Part shown: positions 14,361 through 28,300 of the stretch, piece after piece
How positions within the stretch are numbered: position 1 is the stretch's first letter
Layout of the letters: each line of letters starts with the position of its first letter
Source of the DNA: Chrysomallon squamiferum
Lineage: Eukaryota; Animalia; Mollusca
DNA: 64,000 bases
Direction: 5' to 3'
Assembly: GCA_012295275.1 (NCBI GenBank)
Contig: CM022670.1
Location: 12,090,001 to 12,154,000 of the forward strand
The notes under the pieces: generated by a model
Told to the model about the DNA's origin: nothing
Seen by the model: only the letters and a program-made list of their open reading frames with translations
Databases searched by the model: none
Program-made: the position numbers and the translations under genes

Positions 14361-15192
14361 ATTGCCAGTATGTATTTTGAATGATCAAATGATGTGTAAG
14401 GTAATACAGTTATAATTATAATGGCTTTGTGTGTTCTGTATACCTCAACACTGCTGTTTGTGCATATGGCTTGGATAGTAATGGTAATTTAAATACAGTG
14501 ATCAAGTTTACTATGTGATTTATTAAGTTGATTAAATTGTAGACTTGGCAGTATGACAATGGAATATTACATATCTTGTCATTATGCTTAAACTATAAAA
14601 ATGTTTATAATGTGTGCATTAAAACAGTAATTTGTATTTGACTGTTTTTGTCTGTGGTTAATTATAATTTCGTAAAACAATAATTTATTTTTGGCTATTT
14701 ACATATGGCTATTTTACATTTTGTAAAACTAATTTATTTTTGACTTCATGTGTGGTTAATTAAATTTTATAAGACTATCTGTGTTACAACTGATATTTAT
14801 TTTTCAGGAGACATTTTTATATTTAATGAATTTTAAATTCAGTATATCCCCAGGGAAGAAGACTGTTTAAATGTATTTTAATTTTGTAAAACTGTCTGTC
14901 TTACAACAGATTGTATAGATGACATTTAATTTTAATGGATTTTAAGTTATGTCCATAGGAAAAAAAGGTTTGTTCAGTATATTGTAATGAATTCTATTTT
15001 ACAACTGATTTGGTAGAACTTTCTCAGATGTTTTTAATTTTAATTAATTTTATATATCTCTAGGAAAAAGAAGTTTGTTTAAATGTTTTTTTGATTACCC
15101 AGAATATTCATTAAGAATACACTGTTATTTGAATTTCATGAAAACTCTATAAAGAAAGAAATTTTAATTTTAATTTTAATTTTAATATTAGG

Positions 15193-18100
15193 ATGACGCT
15201 GGAGGAGGAGGACCAGTCAGAGAACACATCCCACCAAGTGGACACATCATTCACTGGAAAACCAATCATCCACCCATGTGTTGACCCGCCCTTGTGTGAG
15301 TCCTGCCAGCGACAAGAGCTATCTTTTTTCGATCCTAACTGCCCGGGGTGCAATGAGATTTTGCTCAATCCAAATACAAATGCCTCTGAAATCTTTGCCG
15401 TCCTTCGACAGTGGACCCCACAAACACAGCAAAACTTAGACCTTCTTGTTAATGAGGTATTTTTTAGTTGCTTGATCTACTTACTAAATAAATATTTATT
15501 TTATTTGTTGTTTTGTTGATTTTGATTTGTTCTTTTCTCATTTTACTAATGACTAAAAATGTTAGACAAGTATAAATCTGAAATAACATCTATTACAGAT
15601 ATTAAAACGTGGTGCAAACATCAACGACAGAGATGGACTCACTGACATGACATTATTACATTATGCCAGCAAAGCAGGGGCTGCTGGGATAGGTGATGCT
15701 GACTTAGCTGCCAGTGTTGCCAGTTCGCTCCTGTCCCAAGGAGCAGACGTGAACATCCGATGTCGGTGGACTCACATGACAGCACTCCACTACGCAGCCT
15801 ATTTTGATGTTGTCCCTGTCATCAAAGTTTTACTTAAAGCTACCAAAGCTCTAGGTAAATGAACATTAAAAAAAAAATTCACTTAAAGACATTTTAATTA
15901 GAAAACTTAAAGCAAACTGATAAGCAGTGGATTTTTACTTTAAAATGCTAAACTGATGAATAAAAAGTGTTAAAAAATTTCATTTGAAAAAACAAAATGA
16001 AAGCTTTATGAAGTAACTTTTAGCATATTAGGTATCCTAACAGTATTTAAACAGACTTAGTAGTTGTTGACAGATAAAATCCTTAAATATTTTAAAGTTA
16101 CTTTTATTTAACATTATAAAATAATTCCATTAACAATTATTTTCTGTTACTTTATATCCCTCTTTTCGTATGCAGTGTATATAAAAATATATAATTTTTC
16201 TTCAGACATTGATTCAACGTGTTCTGAGTTTGACAATGGAACAGCTCTACACATAGCAGCGTCTAACCTTGCCCACGAAGCTGTCAAAGTTCTTCTACAA
16301 AATGGTGCTCATCCTTCTCTTAAAGACAGTCTGGATCGCACTCCTGCAGGTATACCAAGCATTATGTATTCTCACCTTTGAAACTGGTCCAAATAAAAAC
16401 CTATTTTAGCAGATTTATCATTATTTTTACAGATTTTGTATTAAAAACTAAAAAGAGAAATTATGTTTCTAATAAAATGTAATGAAGTCTTAAAAGAGTT
16501 TGCTCTACATCCTGTTGTTTCCCTTTAAAATGGTGTTCATCCATTTGGAAGTGAAAAAGTTGTTTGAATTTGTTAGAGAAATGTTGTAATGGCATATATT
16601 GTAATGTCATTAAAGTGGTTTGGGGGATTCAGACTTTTTAAAATGAGGATTGACACTAAAAAGAAAAGGTAGTTTTGAAAATTTAGTTTCCTATGTAACT
16701 TTCCACAGGGCTTTTAACATATTAATATTCTATTTTTTTTTTTTCAGATTGTGTTCCGGATCCAAATAGTTTAGAACTTGGAAGTGACATGCAGAAACAA
16801 GTTTCTAAAATAAAGAAAACTCTTCAAGATGCAATTCCTCCTAGTCCAAAACAGCCACCGCCCAATTATGATTTAGTTCAAAGCAAAGTAACACTGCAGG
16901 CTCTGGGACTTAGCCTTGGAGATAAAATTGTTGTTGGAGGTTTGAAGGTAAATACTGTTTTTATTATTCTGTTATGTACACATACCATGAAGTTTGATAG
17001 ATAAATGATTTTTGTTTATGAATGGTATAACTATCTATTTGGATGGTAAAAATTTGTTATGAATGTTTTAATAATGTCATTTAACTTAGGTTTTAGGTTG
17101 TATTTAATTTGATATGTTAAAAGACTAGCAGAGTTGTGGAAGTTGTAATATTTTAAGGTTATATTTTATTCTAATTCTTAATATTCTTGTTAATATGTTG
17201 TATTTAAAATACCATGAGTTATGTGATCGTTCTCAGTTTGATATATTATATTATAGTTGTTCATTCTACCAGTAGTAGTACAATGACTGTTATTACTATA
17301 ATTTTAACAGACAGGGACACTGCAGTATTGTGGACCTACAGAGTTTGCTGGTGGTATCTGGGCTGGAATAGAGTTAGATGAACCAGTAGGAAAGAACGAT
17401 GGAAGTATTGGTGGTATCTCATATTTCAAGTGTCCTCCAAACTATGGTTTGTTTTTGTTCATGCATTATTATTTGCTTTTTTTATTTATTATTCCTCTTA
17501 TTATTAGTATTAGTATTATTTATTACTGTTATTTATTGTATTATTATTATTATTCTTGCTATTTTCATTAACTGTTTTTGTTATTTTTATTATTGTATTA
17601 TCATTATTAGTTACTGTTAATATTAGCTCAGTTATTGTTGTGTGTGCTATGCCACAATATAATAATAATAATCATTATTATTTCTTTTTTAACGTTATTG
17701 TTGTTATTATTATTATTATTAGAATTATTATTGTAAGTCATTGTTAACATTGCTCAGTGATTGTTATGTGTTATATGACCTGAGATAGTTTTATTGTCTG
17801 CATTCTTTTGGCTAATTTTTTCTGTTTCATCCAATGTCCCAAAACTTTGTATTTGGTTTCCTAGTATTAGACAAGGGTTATCTCATACAAGTCAACATAG
17901 AATGTAAAATTATTTATTTGTCTAGCCGACTTAAAATAATTTTGAGATTAAAATGTTTTGATGGGATGTGAAGTAAATAAATACTCATTTTGATTCTAGG
18001 TATTTTTGCACCTGTTAGTAAAATTAGCAAACTGGGAATGATGACAACTAGAATATCACCTGCATCACCTGTCAGGCCAGTGGTCAAGAATATTGATGTG

Positions 18101-21100
18101 TCCCACGTCACAGCCAAAGTTGATACAGGTCAGTTTGAAATACATTATTTCTGTTTGCTTTGCTGGATTTCTTCGTGGGTTTTTTTGGTTTATAGAGATG
18201 AGAAACCATTTCTTTTATATTCAATGAATGTATTGTTTTTTCATTGAAATAAGAGTAAATGAATATATTTATTTATAAATATATTATCAATCTAAATTCT
18301 ATTTTTGAAAGTGTTTTTCAGTTCATAAGCTCAGTACACTATAGAGATGATGTTAGCTTGATGAGATAATTTTTAATTTGTTTGCATAAATTATTTATTT
18401 TTTAAGATTTATTATGAGAGCTTTTGTTTAGATAATAAATAATTTTTTTATCATTCAGATCTCTAGAAATGAAAATATATTGCATAAAAAGTTTATTTCA
18501 TTTCATATTCATTATAAGTATAAAGTAAACCTTTTTTTCCTATTCTTTCTAACTAATTTTTTTTTTTTGTTACATCATAATATTATTTTATTATCATTCT
18601 TTTATTCCCTGGATTTTTCCTGAAAAGATTTAGAATTTATTCATACTGTTTTTTATATTTTTACTTGTATTCCTTCCCTATAATGGTTTCACAATTTGTT
18701 TTTACATTTCTAATTTCTGCTGGTGTTAACAGCAAGGACTTTGGATCTGTTAATCTTGTTTTAATGTTTATCTTTTATGTGAGGTGACTGTAATTCCATT
18801 GTTTTGTTTCAGCCGATTCAGAGGAAGAAGGTAAAAACTCTTCAAGTTAAAAAACTTTACAAATCTGCACAAAACACTTGTGACCTGTCTTACTGTTTGG
18901 TTATCAGTTTCATGTTTAACTTAAAACACCACATACTAAGTTTTTTAATTTATCTGTTATCTAGTCGTACACACTTTAGCCTTCATCTGCAGCAGGTTTA
19001 TTTGCATTGCACATTATTTTAAATACAAATCTGATGCAGATTAAAAGCTTTGGTATAAATGCTTTAAATGTATTATCGAATATGTTGTGTGACTGTGATT
19101 ACATGTATGTTGTATGTGTTTATTTTGTATATGTTATGTGTTTGTGTATTTGTGGTATATGTCATATGCATTTGCATATTATGTATATGTTTATCTAGGT
19201 ATGTATATCTGTATGTATGGAAGCATCTATTAATACATATACATTATTTCAAAGTATTCGAAATAACATGTTTAACAATCAAATTACATTAAGTGAATAT
19301 TTGCTTATTTAAGGCCACATATTGATTTCAATAATTTTATGAAACTCCAGCAGTTGAATAAACTATTATTAATAAACACATTATAGTGTAATGATATGAT
19401 AATGAAAGTGAAAACAGTAAGATAGTCACAAGTGTTTGTTATTAGAAATCCAGGCTTGTTGAATTTCTGTCCATGTTCCAATTGACACCACATTTAGAAC
19501 TTGAGATAAGATGACAAATCATTTTCTTACTAACATAAATCATTAGCTGCTAAATATTAATTGAGATTTAGATTTAATTAGTATAAATGTAGGGCATAAT
19601 ATGTAGAATTAGTTTTAGACATTTACAAGTTTTATTAAAAATCATTGTTATCAGATTGCAAAATAGAGGAGGCAAACATTTGACCATCATGAAGATATTT
19701 CAGAATTAAATGAAGGTTATTTTAAGGAACAACAAAACAAAACAAAAATTAAAAAAATATAGAAAAGATTCTAATGACAAATAATGAATAATGTAGATAG
19801 AAAAGAATAAAATAACTTCATCATAATTAAATATTACCAGATATAAAAATTATTTATGAATATAAATACATTGTGTATGTACTGATATCTCTAGGATTGG
19901 TATGTGTGTTTTTGGATTAGTAATTAATCAGGATTTTATTTGCATTTTGTATCATCAATTTACTTTTGGGTGTGAATTTGCATGAGTCGACAGGTTAAGT
20001 CAACAAAACACTTTTAATGTTAATTTTGTTTAATGCACGCTGGATGTCATTCAGATGAATTTTATGGTTTATTTTTGCTTGGCACCATTTTTTGTTCATT
20101 TTGTTTGTTTTTTTAAAAGCCATACCTTTTGTTAATGTATATTAAAAATGTTGATCTCACCTTTGTCAGTTAAAACAAACCCGGCAACAACAGACTATAA
20201 TGCGTTTGTGTGTTTTTTAATGGCACAACATTGCTTTTAGGTAGGTCAGTTTACATTTGTCTGTCTGCACATCATTCATCCCTCCTCCTCCCCCACCATG
20301 TTTGAAAAATCTGTAGTTTAAAAATAGTACAGGTTATCTCCGACAGCAACCAGTTTTAAAAACTATTCTAGACTAAATTGACTTACATCTGCTGTAATAT
20401 AATACCTTTGTTACAGATGTAGTTGTTACATAACACACACATGCACACATGCATAATATATTTTTATTTTTTAATAAGATTTAGAAGAATTTGTATTTAT
20501 TTTAAAAATCAGAAACCATTCAGAATTAAAATGTTGTCATCTCACCTGACTGGTGACTTAAAATGGTTTAAATTTTAAATATCTAAATGTATAGTTCACA
20601 TTTACAGTGTCAGACTTGAAAATAAAAATTGATTAACACATTATACCTTTTAAGAGAGGTCTTTATATTTTATTACTAGTGTCATCATCATCATCATCAT
20701 CATCATTGTCACAGTTATTGTTGTCAAATATTATTATTTTATTGTTAAAATATTAACCAATAAAACCAGTTTGTGGTGTCATTTGGAATTTGGTTTCAGA
20801 AAAATCAAGAAGATTAGATTATAACTAATATGGCTTTTATATGTATTTCAGATTATCTGTAATCATCAAAACCAGTGCTTCTAACATTAATCCTTTTTAA
20901 TTCTTTTACAGGATGAAGAAATTATAGTTTTAATTTACATAGTAATAATAAAAAAAAGTGATAAAAATTTTAAAAATGTTAAAAATTTTAAAAAATGAGA
21001 TTTTTATGAATTGTACAGCCTTTTTTTTGTAGAACATTTTATGACAAGCAAATTTTATTTGTTCATATTTTGCAAATTTTAGTTGTCGTTGATAATTGTA

Positions 21101-24100
21101 TTTTATATACATTTTAATTGAATATATTCTGCTGCAGTGAAATTAGTCATAAATTTCATACTTTATTTCATTAGATTTATATGCAGGTATTAACTTGATG
21201 CTTAGGGAGAGGTCTGGGTATTGGTTGCCATGGTTAACTAATAATATAACAATAACAATGACAGTTGCTACCTTTAATATCAAATTGCTAAAAACAAAGT
21301 ATTTTTTGCTTACTTTTTTTAGGTGGACACAAAGATCTGTTTGTTTATTAATTATTGTTATTATTATTAATGTTGTTGCTATTGATATTATTAGTATTAC
21401 ATAATGAAGAATTGAAAATATAATTCAGGAAATGATTTCACTGTTTTTTTATAGGATCTTATTAAATATCATTCATTGATAAAATACATCCTATTGCTGA
21501 TATTTTATTGTTGAAGAAGAAATATACTAAATTTATAGATTTCTAAGTAGACAAATGCCTAGTAGTTTTAATCTGAATAAGCTTACAGATAATTAGTGCA
21601 TTAATAATAAAAATATATAACTATATAATGTAGTGGTGGTACAAACAAATAGCATAAATAACATTTTGTATATTTTCAAAGGATTGTTTTAATTGTTAAT
21701 GACACCTTTAATATCTGAATTTAATACAACATGCCCATGAAAAATACAGTGATACTGACATTACCTCTTTTTTTTTTTTTAATAATTTCTATTTCTATTT
21801 AAGTAAGCTTATCTATATTAGACCAGGGATGCAACAACATTACTGTGATTCATTCAGTTTATCACTGGTTTTTTAGTATACGACTATACAAAGTAATGGC
21901 ATGAAAGAAAGGGTAAAATGACAGTCAGTATAGATTTTGTTGTTCTGGACATGCTTTATTATTAGCAAAGACGTGTCTACAAACAAATAAAACAATCTCT
22001 TCAAAGTACTCAGTTTGTTTAAACTATTTGTTTGCTTCATCAGAGTATAGTAGTGTAATGTAGTGACAGGTATCAGATTCTTGTAGTTGTTGGGTTCTAC
22101 TTTATTAACATTATTATTCTGGTCCAAGTTAAAAAAAACTCCTTAGATTGGTTAATTTAGAATTCTAACAAACATTATTTACCCCTATTAAGGATATAAT
22201 ATAAAGATATGAAAAATGTTGTGTTGAATATAGGCTTGCTATGTTATTATGAATAATTATTGCTTGACTTTAATCTAGTTTATGAAAAATACATATAATA
22301 ATAGATATTAATGCTGTCAGAAAAAAAATGGGAGTATGCAGGTTATTTCATACCTATTAAAAATAATATAAAAACATGACAAATGAAATTCTTTGAGTTA
22401 GAGTTTAAACACTGGATTAAAGTTGAAATTTTTAATTTAAAAAATAACTAAAAGTTTTAAAAAAAAGGTTTTTAATGGGTTTCAGTATTGAACGCTTATG
22501 TTTGACAGATTTTGTAATAATAAAAATAAATAAATTAAAAACTGTTGTTTAATAATGTATTCACAAGAATATATATATCTTTAAAGCTATTATATTTTAA
22601 CTTTTACCACTTTTTTATTTTTATTCAGGTGTTTTGTGTTGTACAGAACACAAAACGATTTATTATATAAGCAATAAAAATATTACAATTTATTATATAA
22701 GCAATAAAAATATTACAATTTTATATTTCTAAATTTATTTTTGAAATCGTTTTTGTTATCGATAGTTTTTGAAATAATATTGTTTATGATTATTGTTGAC
22801 TCACTGAGCCGTAAGTAATATTATTTTATTTTTTATAAACTTGAATCAGACGTAATTATATATTTTTTATAATTACGGTCCCAAATAGAAAAAGGTAATT
22901 TCACAATTAGTATATTTATAAATAATGTTAAGAAAACTTGAAATATATATATAAATATAAAAAGTATTAAGATTGTTAATTTTCTTAATAGATTATCAAC
23001 CTTGACATTTCTATATTTGTAAAGTTTAGATCCGCCTTGATTCGTTTATTTATTCGAAGAGTTTATTTTTACGGGGTTAACAGATAAAAAGAAAAACACA
23101 CACATACACAAAGATACACAAAAATTACTTTACGTGCCATACTTATATCAAATCTTAAATAGGTTACATTAATCAGAAGAGTTTGTATATCTTCAAATTA
23201 TGCGAAATATTTATAATCTGAAATCCCTGCTTTGGAAAGTCGACTCGTCCGTTTTACAGTACACAGTGAGTTATTTTTAACTACAGCATATTGTATGGTG
23301 CTCCAGTAATGGAATCCGTGAACGCAGCGAACGCAGCGAAAAGGTTGGGCGGTGTTTGTGCCATAACTTCAGATGTCCAGACAAAATTACATGATGCTGA
23401 AAAATCATTTCGTAAAGCTTGTGAACAAATAGTTCAGTTGAACAGACGATTAGATGAAATGGCAAAACGATACGATAAAGCGAGCAAGGAAAATCATCGT
23501 TCTTTTCGATATTCGCTGCGACTGCGCATGGCGGTGACCGAGGGTGTTCGGAATATGTATTACGAATATGCTTCAAACAAAGCTGACGAAATAACTAATT
23601 TAAGAAGTCAAGTGCTTCATGATGAACACGGATCTAGCGGCGACGACGACGACGACGATGATTACAGCGATGAATTTGACGATGACATGGAAGCAGAAGA
23701 AAACATTGAAAACGATGAGGAAGAAATGGCACTGGATGAAATCGTCCCGAACGCAACGGAACAAAACTCCGAGCCAACACCATGACGATAGTTACTTCAG
23801 TTTAGAAATGTGGTTATATTAGGTTTCCATGATTGAAACCATTGTAAACGGGTGAAAACGAACAAAAGACAGAAAAGAAAGAAAAAACCCTACAATCTTT
23901 TTATCTCCCAGTTTGGTAAGAAGAGGCCCTAATGAGGATTTTATTCCCATTGTTTCTGTTAAAACGGGAATACCAATGTACATTGAGGATGTGTACTAAA
24001 CAGTTTCTTTCATGTTTATGCTCAGGGTTGAACTACACATACGTTTCTTTGAAACATTTGAACTGAAGCAATATTAAAGTTGTTAACATTTGTGCTTTAT

Positions 24101-25347
24101 ATTAAGAAAAATTATAAATTTTTAATTGAGTGATTTTTTGTGTCGAGTGGAAATATCATTTATATGTATATTAAATCATCTTGTTCAATTTTTGCTTGTC
24201 TAAAATATAAACAAGTGTCATTACATTTTAGATTACTTTGATTTGATAAAACATTTACTAAATTAAGATTGGAATCAAAACCATTCATATAATGGTTTTA
24301 TTTCATGAAGTAATTTGTATGTTGTACATCATAAAAATGAAAACAGTAACATCATTATTTAGAATAATCCAAAAATACATAAATATTTATAATTAAATTG
24401 GGTAATGAACGTATAAACTTGACCGATTGTATGGAAAACAAAAAATGTATTCCACAATTCTCCATAGTTGTTGTCACTAGTATAAAATAAAGAGAAACTT
24501 TAAAATATTGCAACAAAATTACAAAAACCAACAGAATTAGGATTACTTTTTAAGATAGTTTTGTGTCTGGATCTTGAAAAAAAAAAAAAAGTTAAAAAGT
24601 TAAAATCATGTCTGTAACAAACAGAATTTGTGTTCTTGAAATGAGTATTTTTGAATTGTTATATTTGTTATTTTTCATTGTGTGGATATCATTCCAGTGG
24701 GGGGGAACTTAAGAAAAAAAATTTAATAAAAGTGTTGAAAGTTCTGTATTTTATTTTGTATAATTAATTTTCATTAGGTATAAATACAACTAAAAATATT
24801 TATGTTTGAGGTTGTTGGTCATGACATTGTAAAATGCTAGTAATTATCCCACCATAACACATGGAAGAAATAAAACAATATTAAAATATCTACTAAAATT
24901 ACAATTTTCCTGTTTTATTGATAGAACATTTTTTTTTTTTTTTTGTAACCTGCAAAACATTTGCTACATACAAAAGAAGGGACACTTTGTTTAACAAAAT
25001 TTTAAATATTAACAATTAACTAATTCTATAAACAAAATATAATACAATAGAAAAAACACTCTGTTAGCATATGTTGAGTTAATTCATTAAATGTGTCAGA
25101 TTGATGTCACCTGTTACTTTGTTGTCAGTTTGTATAGAAAAACTCACATTTTTACATCTACTAACCATTTAAAGTTTGTGTTAAAAAACCATTCTTTTTA
25201 TGGATTAGAATTGCAGTAACAATATGTTTTACAATAATGGTGTCATGAAAAAGCAAATCTTGCTTGTTGTAAGCTTACAACATTATTAGCTTTAATCCTT
25301 AAAATAAACAAGACCTTTAGGAAAGCCATTTGTCAAACTCTAAAAAA

Positions 25348-25382
<35 letters not shown>

Positions 25383-28300
25383 GTGTGATGGATCAGAAGA
25401 ATACTATGATAGACAGGGTGGAAAATTGAGCTTTTTATCCCTCCTATTAAGTACATCCCATCATAATCTGTTACAGGTAGTCCATCTCTATCATATACAT
25501 TTGAACATAGAAACATAACTAGGTTAATAACTATAGACATTAATATTATCTGCATGTTCCGATGACAAATGGTGGTATTATTTTCCTGAGTTAAAACACA
25601 ATTTTAAAATGCTGAAATCATTTGCATGGTCACTTTGATTATACTGCAAAACTTTATAAAATGTAATGAGCTGTGCATGTATGAGATTTGATTAAAAAGA
25701 TAAAAAAAAAATACTGAGTAATAATCATTCGTGTGTAAATCTAAAACTGAAATAGGTTAAAATGACGATGATGTATGTGACCCAACTAACCCAGTAGGAA
25801 ATGTATATGGTAATGCGTGGTATTTATGGACATAAATATTTTATTCAAATATAGTTACGTTTATAAACAATGGCAGTAAAAAAAATTGAAAAATAACAAA
25901 AAAGAACCTTTACATTGTATTTACTTTTTTAATGAGCCATTATGAAACAAGAAGACAATTTTTCCATGATCCTGTATCAGAAAGAAAGAGAAATAGCCTA
26001 TCTATTTCTGTATATATGTCATTATAAAATAGCTTCAAATTCATTCTTTGGAAAAATTTAAAGTACGAAGATACTGTATTTCTCAGAAAACAGAGAATTT
26101 TGAGGACTTATTAAGAGTTGCATTTATGAAGATTGATTTGATATACATAACTGCCACATCAATTCTGTTGTCTTAAACAGCATCCAGCATCTTGTTTATA
26201 ATAAAAATATTTGCAATGTTGTTGGAAGTTAAGAGTGAAAGAACTATCTTCTTTTTGATCATGAAAGTCTTAGCAGTAATGAAAAGAAAAAGATCAAAGA
26301 GGTCTATGATAATATTTATAAATTTTCTTATTTTTCCGTAAATTTGAGCTGGGGAATAAAGTAAAATTAATAAAAACTCTAAAAATGTATAAACACAGGT
26401 AGACAGAGATACATTTTATATGTATGTAAATTAATTTAAAAATTACTCGCAAAAATATTACTTCAAAAGGAAGAGGGAAAAAAAATTAATTATTCCTTTA
26501 ATAAAATGTTTTACTTATTAAAACTGGCTTGATGTTTCTGAACTTTCTGATTTCACTTAGCATTTCTTTCACAAAGAATAAATATTTAAAATATCTGTTT
26601 GTAGGTTTGAGTAAATCACGAACATCATCAATAACAGATTTGGGAGACATAGTTGTAGGTGATAGAGTGATTGTGGCAGGTCAGAGAAAAGGAACAGTGC
26701 GGTACATTGGAAGTACTGACTTTGCTCCAGGTATGATTAATCAATATACAAATAACTATATAACATAGTATGGAGTGGAGAAACCAATTCGAACTTTCAG
26801 GTTATTTCATTACATATTTAGTACACTATTTTTCCTTTTTAGACTTAAATTTTAATTATTGTCTGTCTTTGTCTTTCTCTTTTTATCTCTCTCTGTAAAA
26901 AATATATTAATATGCAAAGTTGTTAACATGTGACTTTATAATGACACAGCTGCATCATTTTACAGGTACATGGTACGGCATAGAGTTGGACAAACCAGCA
27001 GGTAAAAACAATGGGTCTGTGAATGGCGTCCGTTATTTCTCTTGTAAAATGAAATGTGGAGTGTTTGCACCTTTGTCAAGAATACAAAAGTAAGTGTAAT
27101 TAGAAATAGGTTACTTACTTATAGAAGGATTACTTTTACTTGGTAATTTGTTATGTTAAATTTCGGATTTTTGAAATTATTTATGGTAAATAAAGTAGAG
27201 GGTAATTAGTAGCTATAGATCTACATTATTTAGTCAGTTTAACTGACTCTTTTCTGAAGCATTATTAAGGGTTTGATGTAACTGAAAATTAATTATTATT
27301 ATCTCTTATTCAATTTTAAGAACAACAACCGTGTTCTTTCTGTATGCTGTCAGTTGTAACCTTTTTATTTTTATGAAACGGAAAAAGAAGAAAAAAATAT
27401 ACAAAAATAAGTAATAATAAATATGAAGTAAAAAAGGATTCCTGAATTGAATATAAATTAAAAAATAAATATTAAAATTATTATTTTTTTCTTTTACTCA
27501 GAGACAACCATGTTTACAATAGGTATATAAAAAACCTGTGTTTTTATTTGAATGTTGCCTTTGTTTATCTTTCCTGTCTGTTTATTGTGGGTGTAAAGGA
27601 TTTATTTAAATTTTAAAAAATTTGGCTTTGGAAATAATTAGTCTTGTGAATAATATATATGCCTATATGCATACACTCCTTGTTTTGGATGTTTAATCAT
27701 TTACTAAATAATATTTATTTATTTATTTATACTTTCACTTGTATCTTGCATAGTTACAAATAAACACACATATATACAGAGAATGTTTTAATAATTTAGT
27801 GGTGAAGGGAGAATTATTTTACTATTTGAAAGGTTAAAGATTATTGTGTGTGTCGTCAGGTTGTGGTTCAATGAGTTTTATGTTTACCTTTTATTTTTAT
27901 TATTATTTTTTTTTTAATAAATACAGTACTGCTACAGAATAAAATTTAAATATTGTGGTTAAACCTTTTTTTTCTTCATATTTTACCATTTTTTTTTGTA
28001 GTCTTTCAAATTCAACTATTAAATATTTCATCCATACATTTGCAAATTATTTTGATAATTTATTTCATAGAATAAATACATTTAATTGATTTAAAACAGT
28101 AAAGTGAAATATAAATTAAATATAAACAATTTTTTTATTAACTTTTATAACTGATTTGTGTTTTATTTTTGTTATTTCTGTTGCTAGGCTCGGAGACAGG
28201 CGGTTCAGTTCAAATGAATCTCTAGACACAATTAGCTGGGGAGCAGTCTCAGAGAAACTCGACAGAAAAATTTCAGGTATTATTATTATTATTATTTCTT

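Noticed and set aside
23260-23290. Nested ORF as an alternative CLIP exon
   Set aside because: Acceptors at 23259 and 23286 need a phase-2 upstream exon, but CLIP exon 6 ends in phase 1; splicing into 23287 gives a stop within 7 codons.
23277-23822. Antisense 99-aa ORF and +1-frame 67-aa ORF over the nested gene
   Set aside because: Shadow ORFs expected over a GC-rich coding region.
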